Shown: positions 9,214 to 18,030 of the stretch, piece after piece
Numbering within the stretch: position 1 is the stretch's first letter
Layout of the letters: each line of letters starts with the position of its first letter
From: an uncultured delta proteobacterium
Lineage (GTDB): Bacteria; Desulfobacterota; Binatia; UBA9968
DNA length: 23,993 nt
Assembly: GCA_963840855.1 (NCBI GenBank)
Contig: CAWJBB010000004.1
Span: 1-23,993, forward strand
Reading direction: 5' to 3'
The notes under the pieces: model-generated
Told to the model about the DNA's origin: nothing
Database searches by the model: none
What the model saw: the letters and a program-made list of their open reading frames with translations, nothing else
Program-made: the position numbers and the translations under genes

Positions 9214-9218
9214 AGTTT

Positions 9219-10205
9219 ATGGCTGAGAAGAAAGCCAAGAAAGCGCCGGGGGGGCCAAAGAAACGCCGCAAACTCGCCGGCAAAGCCATCGCCCTCGAAG
9301 CCAAAGAACTCCTCGACGCGCCGGCGCCGGGCAATGTGAGCGCGCTGCAAGAGACGATAAAAACCGACGGCGGCACCGTGCTCGCCTCGTACCGCGACCC
9401 CTTCGGCGGCAAGTGGCTGGTGCTGGCCGCGCTGCCGATTGAAAAAGTCGAGCCCACCCCCTATCAGCGCAATCTCTCTGATACCCACGCGCGTAAACTG
9501 GAAACGGTCATCGCTAAACTCGGCCGCTTCCTTGATCCGATTGTCGTCGTGCGCAAGGAAAGCAAAGAAAGCACCACCCGTTACTGGACGCCCAATGGCA
9601 ACCATCGTCTGTCGGCGATGAAAACCCTCGGAGCGAAAAGCATCGTCGCCATTGTCGTTCCAGAAGCATCCACCGCGTATCAAATCCTCGCGTTGAATAC
9701 CGAGAAGGCGCATAATCTGCGCGAGCGGGCGCTGGAAGTCATCAAGATGTACCAGGAACTGGCGACCCTGGATGACGTGACCGAGGAAGCGTACGCGCTG
9801 GAATTCGAAGAGGCCGCGCTGATCACCCTCGGTCTCTGTTACCTCGAAAACGGCCGCTTCAGCGGCGGTGCCTATCACCCGATCTTGCGCCGATCGGACC
9901 AATTTATAAAAAAGTCGCTCCACGCGGCGTTGGCAACGCGCCGCGAACGCGCCAGCGCCCTGATCGATCTGGATAAGACCGTAGTTGAAAAAGTCGAAGC
10001 GTTAAAGGCGAAAGGAATGACGAGTCCCTATCTGAAGAGTTTTGTCGTCGCTCGCATCAATCCGATACGCTTTAGGCCGAAAGACGCCGCGCCGCTTAGT
10101 TTCGATGAGGTCATGGAGCGTATGACGAAAGCCGCCGAGAAGCTCAACGTCGAGAAAGTCAAAGTCGAAGATCTCGCGAAATCCGGCGGCGCACCTGAGG
10201 ATTAG
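9219..10205 (+). CDS. ParB N-terminal (ParB/Srx-like) domain protein, 328 aa
   Basis: Likely start is ATG 9219 (MAEKKAKK), 5 nt after the MFS stop. Motifs LPIEKVEPTPYQR, FLDPIVV, PNGNHRLSA (GxxRxxA), ILALNTEK. Confidence 0.8.
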   Translation: MAEKKAKKAPGGPKKRRKLAGKAIALEAKELLDAPAPGNVSALQETIKTDGGTVLASYRDPFGGKWLVLAALPIEKVEPTPYQRNLSDTHARKLETVIAKLGRFLDPIVVVRKESKESTTRYWTPNGNHRLSAMKTLGAKSIVAIVVPEASTAYQILALNTEKAHNLRERALEVIKMYQELATLDDVTEEAYALEFEEAALITLGLCYLENGRFSGGAYHPILRRSDQFIKKSLHAALATRRERASALIDLDKTVVEKVEALKAKGMTSPYLKSFVVARINPIRFRPKDAAPLSFDEVMERMTKAAEKLNVEKVKVEDLAKSGGAPED

Positions 10206-10350
10206 TCGAGAAGCGACAAGAGCTCAATGATGACCGGCAGTGAATTCAAGATCCTGGCGAATCTCAAATCGAATTGTCGCAAACGTCTCACAATAACCTT
10301 GGGCGAGTGTTTTGGTTGAATCACTCGATTTTGATCCTAGCGTTCCAACC

Positions 10351-10371
10351 AGAAACTTGGAACTAGAAACT
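10351..10371. repeat. Short 7-bp tandem repeat (AGAAACT/TGGAACT x3)
   Basis: agaaact tggaact agaaact, next to the Rieske gene stop. Confidence 0.4.
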
Positions 10372-10374
10372 AAC

Positions 10375-11508
10375 CTAACCCTGCGGATACGTCGGCACCA
10401 TGTCTGGCCGGTAAACCCATGTTTTGACCGGCCTGCCCTCCGCAAGGTTTCGCAGCTCCCGCTCCCAGATCTTGCGCAGGAGAAATACGCCGCGGTCGCT
10501 GCGGCCGAGGTGCTCTTTGCCGCGATCGGCGATCACGCCCTGGCCCGTCTGCGCCACTTCGTCTTCAAGCATGACGAAGTCGATCCGCTTCGGATCGACT
10601 TCGCTGAGCCGAAGCTTTCCGGCGAGTATCGCCCGGACTAACTCCGGGCGATCTCGTTCGACCTTTGCGCGCATCCGCCGCCGTTCTTCGATCCACGCCC
10701 GGCCGCGTTCGCCGGTAAGCGCAATCGCACGCACTTCAAAATGAGAATGGCTTTCATCGTCCACAGGGACTTTGAATACCAGAACGTCGGCCCGCTTGAT
10801 CGCCGGATCGACCACCTGGCCGTTGATAAGGTTGATGTTAGGCATGCCGAAGAAAAAGGTGAGATCCTTGCCGTCGGGATATTTGACGTAGCGTTTGATA
10901 CCCCACTCGGATTCTTCGACGGAAATGATTGGATCACCAAGCACGACGTGATCCTGCGAGGAATCGCGGTGCCGTTGGTGCACGAAGCGCACATGGGCGT
11001 TGTCGAGGGAGTTATCGATGTTGTTAAAATAGTTGCAAATCCTTCGCAGTCCAGCGACGTCGAGGGAGATATCCGGGCTTTCAAATTTCGCATAACGCGG
11101 CAACGGCGGAGGCTCTCCCGCTCCGACATAAGCGAAGATAAGCCCGATGTATTCTTGCACCGGATAGCCGGGAATGCGGACCTTGGCCGCGAACGATGGT
11201 TCTTCCGCCGGCTGCTCTATACATTGTCCCGAGCCGTCGTATTTCCAGCCATGATAAAAGCAGCGGATACACTCCCCTTCGACCGAACCCACAGAGAGCC
11301 GCGTTCCCCGGTGCGCGCAGCGCGGCCCCACTAGATAGGGAGTGCCGCTGTCGCCACGATACAGCGTAAAATCGTCACCCATAATTCTGACTGGCAGCGC
11401 TTGGCCGGCCGCCAGCTCATAGGAGCAACAAATCGGCTGCCAGAACATGCGTAAATAACGCCCCGCCAAAGTTCCCGGGCCCGTATGCACGAAATCTGTT
11501 AGCTCCAT
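10375..11508 (-). CDS. Rieske non-heme iron oxygenase alpha subunit (phthalate 4,5-dioxygenase/LigXa-like)
   Basis: CAHRG...CFYHGW Rieske motif; DNSLDNAHVRFVH mononuclear iron motif; EDEVAQTGQG...EHLGRSDRGV. Confidence 0.92.
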   Translation of the reverse strand: MELTDFVHTGPGTLAGRYLRMFWQPICCSYELAAGQALPVRIMGDDFTLYRGDSGTPYLVGPRCAHRGTRLSVGSVEGECIRCFYHGWKYDGSGQCIEQPAEEPSFAAKVRIPGYPVQEYIGLIFAYVGAGEPPPLPRYAKFESPDISLDVAGLRRICNYFNNIDNSLDNAHVRFVHQRHRDSSQDHVVLGDPIISVEESEWGIKRYVKYPDGKDLTFFFGMPNINLINGQVVDPAIKRADVLVFKVPVDDESHSHFEVRAIALTGERGRAWIEERRRMRAKVERDRPELVRAILAGKLRLSEVDPKRIDFVMLEDEVAQTGQGVIADRGKEHLGRSDRGVFLLRKIWERELRNLAEGRPVKTWVYRPDMVPTYPQG

Positions 11509-11627
11509 ATGTCACTCCGGCGCGGTCCCCGCCGCGCAAACCGCTCTCGTTGCCGTCTTAGACTATTACTTAGACACATTTTCTGGTGCGCCAATTCTAA
11601 AATGATAAATTGACAAGACAAGATGAT

Positions 11628-11914
11628 CTCACCACGAAGTGTGTCATGAGCTTACGCTCGCCCACAGAGAATGAAAGTGGAGGATTCCCCTTCGTAGCCC
11701 GGATGGAGCAAAGCGTAATCCGGATTTCTTCATTCACGCACGCCGTTGCCTCTGCCACGCCCCATGTCACCTTCCTGGATTCCGCTTCGCTCCATCCAGG
11801 CTACAATTCTAAAGCCCATCCTCACGCCCCGTATTTTCTATAGAGGCACGAAGCGCACGACGGGTTTGGATACTATTTTCTCAAACTTCGTGACCTTCGT
11901 GGATTCGTGGTGAG
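11628..11914. repeat. Nested palindromic element: outer CACGAAG/CTTCGTG inverted repeat interrupted by a ~205-bp insert
   Basis: CTCACCACGAA (11628-11638) is the exact reverse complement of TTCGTGGTGAG (11904-11914). The left arm resumes at ~11846 (gcacgaagcgcacga). Confidence 0.7.
11694..11804. repeat. Inverted pair of GTAG-family REP sequences (REPIN-like)
   Basis: GTAGCCCGGATGGAGCAAAGCGTAATCCGG, and reverse-strand GTAGCCTGGATGGAGCGAAGCGGAATCCAGG. Confidence 0.8.
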
Positions 11915-11993
11915 TCTCCGTGCAATGATGCCGGTTTCAAAGTATGGCGATCATAGGTTATTCGCCGGCTGGATGTCCAGCAAGTAATTACGC

Positions 11994-12057
11994 AGTCTAG
12001 AGTATAGAGTCTTGAGTCTCGCGTTAACACCAGACCCCAGACGCTAGACTCGAGACC
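11994..12057. repeat. 7-bp AGTCTAG-type x4 / CTAGACT-type x4 inverted tandem repeat
   Basis: agtctag agtatag agtcttg agtctcg, spacer, ccagacc ccagacg ctagact cgagacc. Confidence 0.7.
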
Positions 12058-12195
12058 TTGGGCGTGCGCCTCACGGCACTTGACGCAAACTCAATACAAG
12101 TGCTTAGATCGGTGGCAATCGGCGTGCTATTCAGGAGCTACTGATAACAGCGCCGCAATGGCGCTTTGCGGGTCATCCGAACGAAGGAACAAACC

Positions 12196-12924
12196 ATGGC
12201 TGAAAAGGAATATCTCGTCGGCACGGTGCGTCCAACGAATCGTCCGGAGGCGGGCCAAGAGCTGGATCTCGACACTTTGATACCGGAAAAGATCAAGTTC
12301 GTCGCGCTGACGATGAACTTCACCAGCGGCACCGCAGAAGAGTTCAGCAAGTCGATGCCAGGGTACGAAACCAAGGTGGCGGAATTGGCGAAGATGGGCG
12401 CCCACCTGGTTCGTCCCAGCGGCGCGCCGCCCTTCATGCTTCTGGGCTACTTGCGCGAACAGGAACTCATCGCCAGCTGGGAGAAAAAATACGGCGTGCA
12501 AATGTTCACGTCGGGACAAAACCACGTGCACGCTCTGCGCACCCTGGGGATTAAGAAATTTGTCGGCGCCAGCTATTTTCCCGAGCAGATGAACAACATC
12601 TTCGCGCGCTATTTTACCGACGCGAAGTTTGAAGTGCTGTCCATGGAAGGCATTGACTCGCCATTCGCCGATGTCCCCAAGGTGCCGGCGACGGAGATTC
12701 TCGAATTCATGCAGCGTATCGCCGCCAAACACAAAGAGGCCGAAGCCATTTATATGCTCGGCTCGGCGTGGAAGACCCTCGAGATCATCGAACCGTTGGA
12801 AAAGTCCACCGGGTTGACCGTCGTGCACGCCGGCCCGGCGCGCTGCTGGGAGACGCAACTTCGTTTAGGCGTGCGCCATCCGATCAAGGGATACGGAAAA
12901 CTACTCGCCGAGATGCCGAGCTAG
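12196..12924 (+). CDS. Asp/Glu racemase-fold protein (maleate isomerase/arylmalonate decarboxylase-like), canonical catalytic Cys not seen
   Basis: ALRTLGIKKFVGASYF, IEPLEKSTGLTVV, GYGKLL family hallmarks; ATG 12196 after AAGGA. Confidence 0.8.
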   Translation: MAEKEYLVGTVRPTNRPEAGQELDLDTLIPEKIKFVALTMNFTSGTAEEFSKSMPGYETKVAELAKMGAHLVRPSGAPPFMLLGYLREQELIASWEKKYGVQMFTSGQNHVHALRTLGIKKFVGASYFPEQMNNIFARYFTDAKFEVLSMEGIDSPFADVPKVPATEILEFMQRIAAKHKEAEAIYMLGSAWKTLEIIEPLEKSTGLTVVHAGPARCWETQLRLGVRHPIKGYGKLLAEMPS

Positions 12925-12947
12925 ACACTCGCAACCTTCTCTATGAC

Positions 12948-13099
12948 GAGACCGTGTCGCAAATCCGTTCATGGTTTCCTTCGACTTCGCTCAGGACAGG
13001 CTGGCTCACCACGAACGAATGATGTCACTTCGAAATTCAAACACTTAGCCGTTCGTCCTGAGACCTCGAAGGGCCGACGGCCAATTGCGACATAGTCTC
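12948..13099. mobile_element. 152-bp MITE-like element with terminal inverted repeats and internal palindromic repeats
   Basis: GAGACCGTGTCGCAA / TTGCGACATAGTCTC (13 of 15 complementary), flanked by GAC on both sides. Interior: ccgttcatggt..cttcgacttcgctcaggac..caccacgaacg and ccgttcgtcctgag..tcgaagg. Confidence 0.65.
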
Positions 13100-13110
13100 G
13101 ACAGGAGAAA

Positions 13111-14166
13111 GTGTTAAGTAGGGAAAGAAATTACATAATGCAATCTCGCCCATTCTTAACAGGTCTAGTTAGCGCGGCCTTCATTTTGTTGACGCAAGGA
13201 AGCCGTCTTTTCGCCGGCGCGCCTTACTACGAAGGCAAAGCGATTCGCATCATCGTCGGCACTTCGCCGGGCGGCGGTTACGACACTTACACGCGTCTGA
13301 TCGCGCGTCACTTTGGCAAATATATTCCCGGCAATCCGACCATTATCGTCGACAACATGCCGGGAGCCGGCGGCACGTTGTCGGCCAACCATCTGTTCAA
13401 AGTCGCCAAAGGCGACGGCCTGACCATCGGCCACTTCGTCGGCGGACAGTTTTTGCAGCAATTGCTCGGCCGCCCCGGCATCGAGTTCGACGCGCTCAAG
13501 TTCGAGTATATCGGCGCGCCGGCGCAAGATCATTTCGTGTTGGGCATCGCCAAGGCGAGCGGTGTTACGACGATAGAGCAGTGGCTCGCGTCGAAGACGC
13601 CGCTAAAATTCGGCGCCATCGCACCGGGGGACGGAACTTACGACATCCCCAAAGTCGTGGAAGCTACTCTCGGCCTGCCGATTCAATTGGTGTCAGGCTA
13701 TAAAGGCACGGCGCCGATTCGTCTCGCCTTTAATAGCGGTGAAGTCGCGGGCCTAAGCAACTCCTGGCAGTCATTTCGTTCCACCTGGCGCAACGAGTTG
13801 GAGAGTGGCGAAGTCATAATGGTGGTGCAGGTCAGTCTCAAATCTCACGCCGACTTGCCCAAGGTGCCCTTGGCGGTAAACTTCGCCAAAACAGAGGACG
13901 CCCGCAAGCTGATCGCCGCCGTGCTTCAATCCCATGGCGCTGCGGTGCGCCCGTATCTGCTCCCTCCCGGGACATCGAAGAACCTGGTCGGGATTCTGAG
14001 AAAAGCGTTTGACGAGACGATGAAGGATCCGGGGCTTCTCGCCGAAGCCGCCAAAGCTAACTTGGAATTCAATCCCGGCACCGGCGAAGAGTTGGAGAAC
14101 AACGTCAGGGAGTTGCTTCGTATGGATGCGCCGCTAGTGGCAAAGCTCAAAGATATTTTGAAATGA
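13111..14166 (+). CDS. Tripartite tricarboxylate transporter substrate-binding protein (TctC/Bug family)
   Basis: Signal peptide; IIVGTSPGGGYDTYTRLIARH, IVDNMPGAGG, GYKGTAPIRLA, GEV motifs. Confidence 0.92.
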   Translation: MLSRERNYIMQSRPFLTGLVSAAFILLTQGSRLFAGAPYYEGKAIRIIVGTSPGGGYDTYTRLIARHFGKYIPGNPTIIVDNMPGAGGTLSANHLFKVAKGDGLTIGHFVGGQFLQQLLGRPGIEFDALKFEYIGAPAQDHFVLGIAKASGVTTIEQWLASKTPLKFGAIAPGDGTYDIPKVVEATLGLPIQLVSGYKGTAPIRLAFNSGEVAGLSNSWQSFRSTWRNELESGEVIMVVQVSLKSHADLPKVPLAVNFAKTEDARKLIAAVLQSHGAAVRPYLLPPGTSKNLVGILRKAFDETMKDPGLLAEAAKANLEFNPGTGEELENNVRELLRMDAPLVAKLKDILK

Positions 14167-14189
14167 CCGATGCGCTTATTTTTTCACAG

Positions 14190-14999
14190 CTACCCTCTCA
14201 GAAATTCTCTCATTATGCCATGCACCTTTTCCGGTTCGGTGTATAAGTAGCTGTGACGCTCGCCAGAGAGAACCACCAGCTTGGAATTCGGGATACCTTG
14301 AGCGAGAAGATCCGCGCCCGCCCGGTGCGACATATCGCTGACCACGAAATGATCGTCATCGCCGACCAATATTAGCGTCGGCACGTTGATGTCTTTGAGC
14401 CGCTCGCTGGTGTCGTGCTCCTGACGCGCCAGCACGTGGCGGAAGTAAAATTCCACCGGGCACAGATTGGCCATGCGCACCTGGAGATATTTTTCGATGC
14501 GATTCATGTGATTGCGCGCGTACACCTCGGTCCAGCCGACGACGATGGTGTGATCCCGCACATACTTCTCATAACCCCACTCCACCATCTCTTTAGCGAT
14601 GCGCAGGGGAATACCCCGGTCACCCGGATGCGCCGCACCGCTGGAGGCGAGAATCAGCTTGCTGACCTTGCGCGGATAATTTAGGGCGAGGAGCTGCGCG
14701 ACTCTGCCGCCCATCGAATGGCCGCAGACGACGGCGCCTTCAAGACCGAGATGATCCAGCACTGCTGCCGCATCGTCCGCAAACATTTCCGTGCTGTATT
14801 TGGCCGACGGTTTGCCGGACAATCCCGTGCCGCGATAATCGAGGATCACGACACGGTGGTCACGCGAGAATTCCGGAACCTGGTACAGACTCCATACCGC
14901 GCCGTCGCAGGCGGTCTCGCTGAGAAAAACAAACGGTGTGCCTTGTCCGGACGCTTCGTAATAAATTTCTACCCCATCTTTGGCTTTGATGTGCGGCAT
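14190..14999 (-). CDS. Alpha/beta fold hydrolase (PcaD-like)
   Basis: DYRGTGLS, GHSMGG nucleophile elbow, PTLILVGDDD, C-terminal His (ERHSY). Confidence 0.9.
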   Translation of the reverse strand: MPHIKAKDGVEIYYEASGQGTPFVFLSETACDGAVWSLYQVPEFSRDHRVVILDYRGTGLSGKPSAKYSTEMFADDAAAVLDHLGLEGAVVCGHSMGGRVAQLLALNYPRKVSKLILASSGAAHPGDRGIPLRIAKEMVEWGYEKYVRDHTIVVGWTEVYARNHMNRIEKYLQVRMANLCPVEFYFRHVLARQEHDTSERLKDINVPTLILVGDDDHFVVSDMSHRAGADLLAQGIPNSKLVVLSGERHSYLYTEPEKVHGIMREFLRG

Positions 15000-15781
15000 G
15001 ACCTTCTCTCCTTGTTGTCAATCCTAGATAGACCAGAAGTCCGGTCGGTAACAAGTGATCCGTTGCGCCAAATCAGGGTCTCGTCAATGTCGTGTTGAGC
15101 GGATGAAAACCCCTTTACAAAGGGAGACTATTGACAGCCATCGGCCATTTCCTCTATGCCTCAACCCAGCAAACCCATTAACCGAGGCAATTTATGGCGA
15201 AGCGTTACGTCGACTGCGACGGTCATGTCATGGAAAACTTTGACGAGCTGATCAAGTTCGTCGGCGATCCGTTCAAAACCACCGGGCACATGAATCCGCG
15301 GCGCGTCCTGCCGGCGCTGGACCGCTTTCACACGCCGCGTTTGGAGGAACGCAAGCCCGGCACCTTCGATCCCACCGTGGGACCTGAGAAGTGGCTCATG
15401 TTTCTCGAAAAAACCGGTTTGGAGTCCAGCGTGCTTTTTCCCACCGATGGCCTGGCTTACGGACAGGTGGTATTTCCTGCCTGGGCCATCGCTTACGCCA
15501 AAGCCTACAACGACTGGTTGCACGACAAATATCTCAAATTCAACTCCCGGTTGAAGGGAATCGCTTTGATCCCGCTCCAAGATGTGCCCAGCGCGGTCAC
15601 GGAGCTTAGGCGCGCTGTGAAAGAGCTGGGTATGGTAGGCGCGATGCTGCCGTCCAATGGCCTCACCCCGCATCTGAGCGCAAAACATTTCTGGCCCGTC
15701 TACGAAGAGGCGGAAAAACTCGATTGCGCGCTGGCCGTGCACGGCGGCTGTTACGGTGACCTGGGTTTTAATACTTATACC

Positions 15782-17164
15782 CACTCTTGTCCAAATTAAG
15801 TTTTAGCAGTTGAGCCTCCTGTGGGTGTATATGTGGGTGATGTCGAAGTCATCCACTCAACCCACCAAAAACAAGGAGGCTCAACATGAATCGATTCTGT
15901 AGCATGTTCAGTCAAATTCTCCAACTTTTTCCTCGATCCGACTTTCAGTTGCTGGTTAAGGAGACCAAGGCCGAGAGGCATGCCCGCGGCTTTAGCTGTT
16001 GGGATCAGTTTGTCTCCATGCTGTTTTGCCAACTGGGCCGTGCCCACTCGCTTCGCGAGATCTGTAACGGGCTTTTAAGCTGTGAAGGGAAACTTTCCCA
16101 TCTAGGGATCGAGGAGGCTCCTAAACGCTCTTCGTTAGCCTATGCTAACGGACATCGTCCTTGGGAACTGTACCAAAAAGTATTTTTCGGGTTGCTTCAA
16201 CGCTGTCGCGAAGCGGGACCCTTCGCAAAGAAGTTGCGCTTTAAAAACAAGCTGGTCAGTTTAGACTCCACGGTGATTGACCTGTGCATCAGCATCTTTG
16301 ACTGGGCGCAATTTCGCCGCACCAAGGGAGCCATCAAGCTGCACTTGGTTTTGGATCACGATGGGTATCTGCCTTGTTTTGCGGTGGTCACGGAGGGAAA
16401 GGTTCATGATGTCAAGGTGGCTCACACGCTTTATTTCGAGCCGGGCACGGTGGTAGTGGATGATCGGGGCTATAATGACTACCGCTTGTTTGGTATGTGG
16501 AGCGAACAGGGAGTCTATTTTGTCACCCGCATGAAGGACAACGCCCTTTATGAAGTGATCGAGAATCGCCCGATGCCCAAAAATCGCTCTATCCTAAAGG
16601 ATCAGATCATTATTTTGAGTGGTGAGGGAGCCTGGGATAAATGTCCCTACCCATTGCGGAGAATCGAGGTATGGGACGCGGAAAAACAACAGGTTCTTGT
16701 CTTTCTCACCAATCACGATCAGTTCGCAGCCACTACCATTGCCGCCATCTATAAGGACCGCTGGCAGATTGAGTTGTTTTTCAAAGCGCTTAAGCAGAAC
16801 CTCAAGATCAAGACTTTCGTGGGAACTTCCGCCAATGCGGTTAAGATTCAAGTGTGGACGGCACTGATTGCCATGCTGGTTCTGCGCTATCTTAAGCTTA
16901 AGTCCAAGTTCTCCTGGTCGCTTTCCAATCTGGTGGCCTTGCTGCGGATGAACTTGTTCACCTATCGAGACTTGTGGGCTTGGTTGAACCAACCCTTTGG
17001 GACTCCTGCCCAAGCTGAGGCACCACACCGCCAGGAGGCTTTTTCGTTTGTCTAATTCGGACAGCACAACGGGGGTCTGGTTCTAAAAAGACAAAAACCT
17101 TGTCCAAATACGACGTAAAATCAATGGCGACTAGTCTAAACCCCGGCTAATTTGGACAGCAGTG
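15782..17164 (+). mobile_element. IS4-family insertion sequence, 1383 bp
   Basis: TIRs CACTCTTGTCCAAATTA / TAATTTGGACAGCAGTG (15 of 17); 9-bp TSD ACTTATACC at 15773-15781 and 17165-17173. Confidence 0.95.
15886..17055 (+). CDS. IS4-family DDE transposase (DUF4372 N-terminal domain + DDE_Tnp_1)
   Basis: LDSTVI, DDRGY and the YKDRWQIELFFKALKQ (YREK) signature; AAGGAGG RBS. Confidence 0.95.
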   Translation: MNRFCSMFSQILQLFPRSDFQLLVKETKAERHARGFSCWDQFVSMLFCQLGRAHSLREICNGLLSCEGKLSHLGIEEAPKRSSLAYANGHRPWELYQKVFFGLLQRCREAGPFAKKLRFKNKLVSLDSTVIDLCISIFDWAQFRRTKGAIKLHLVLDHDGYLPCFAVVTEGKVHDVKVAHTLYFEPGTVVVDDRGYNDYRLFGMWSEQGVYFVTRMKDNALYEVIENRPMPKNRSILKDQIIILSGEGAWDKCPYPLRRIEVWDAEKQQVLVFLTNHDQFAATTIAAIYKDRWQIELFFKALKQNLKIKTFVGTSANAVKIQVWTALIAMLVLRYLKLKSKFSWSLSNLVALLRMNLFTYRDLWAWLNQPFGTPAQAEAPHRQEAFSFV

Positions 17165-17861
17165 ACTTATACCGTATTTCCCGCCACCCGGGCCCTCGGC
17201 ATGCCGGTGCCGCTGGCCATCGCGGCCACCGGCATGATCGTCGATGGCGTATTCGATGCCTTTCCCAATTTGCGCGTCGGTTTCTTAGAGGGCGGCACGA
17301 GCTGGATCCCGATGGTGCTCGACCGCCTCGAACGGGAGTTGGAATACGGCGGTCTGCGCATCAGGCGCAAACCCTTGGATTACTTTACCGGTGGCAAGAT
17401 CTTCGTTGGCTGCGAGGGCAACGAGAAGGCGCTAGCCTACGCCATCGAAAGGGTCGGTCCGGAGCCATTTATGTTCGCGTCCGATTTCCCGCACGAGATT
17501 TCCCTCGACAATTGCATGGACGAAATCGACGAAATCGTCGAGCGCAATGATCTGAAAGCAGAGCATAAGGGTGCGATCCTAGGCGACAACGCCCGGCGGT
17601 TTTATAAAATTTAGTAGGCCGCTGAAAAAGACTCATTTGCTTCATTGCGCTCAATCGCCGCGCGAAAATCGTGCTCGTTTCTCGCGCTAGCTATCGCCAG
17701 CTCGCCCGGAATGACGATTGAATTATGTAACCAATTTCAGGGACACCATACTTGCCTAGCACCTAGACGATCTGACAAGGATTTACGATGCTTAAAGGTT
17801 ATCGCGTTTTCGACGCTGACACCCACGGCTCCATCAACCCGAAGATCACGTCGCCGGCCAA

Positions 17862-17924
17862 TTCCAGTCGTTCAAATCGTATTCGGACGGCTTGAACGTT
17901 TTGAACATTTTGAACGGCTTGAAC
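17862..17924. repeat. GTTCAA / TTGAAC repeat family, copy 3
   Basis: gtcgttcaaatcgt...ggc ttgaacgtt ttgaacatt ttgaacggc ttgaac. Confidence 0.7.
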
Positions 17925-18030
17925 TCCGTTTAGTGCTGTCGGTCGGTCCCCACCCCTTCCCATCCTTTCGCGCTTAGGCTAAAACAGCCATCCGTAGGCA
18001 AGAGAAGCTGTCATTTCAAAGGAGTTCTAC

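Larger units (their letters stand above)
15194..17614 (+). pseudogene. Amidohydrolase-2 family gene interrupted by an IS4-family element
   Basis: 5' half has VDCDGH...LAVHGG...FNTYT; 3' half has VFPATRAL...FLEGG...FASDFPH. Removing the IS and one TSD restores an intact 342-aa ORF. Confidence 0.93.

Noticed and set aside
8016-9218. 401-codon open frame overlapping the MFS gene and fused to the ParB-like ORF (729 aa call)
   Set aside because: Arg-rich shadow translation. Stops in this frame need a third-position T followed by AA/AG/GA, which is rare in a GC-rich membrane-protein gene. The likely real start is 9219.
9012-9923. 303-aa minus-strand ORF (and similar antisense ORFs at 12127-12858, 15161-15784, 16594-17067, 22785-23327)
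   Set aside because: Antisense to well-supported genes, with no motifs of their own.
10224-10445. 73-aa minus-strand ORF after the Rieske gene
   Set aside because: Overlaps the Rieske 3' end, runs through a heptamer repeat and shows no recognisable motif.
4561-17924. CRISPR interpretation of the short repeat arrays
   Set aside because: Units are 7-9 bp with no unique spacers, and no cas genes are present.
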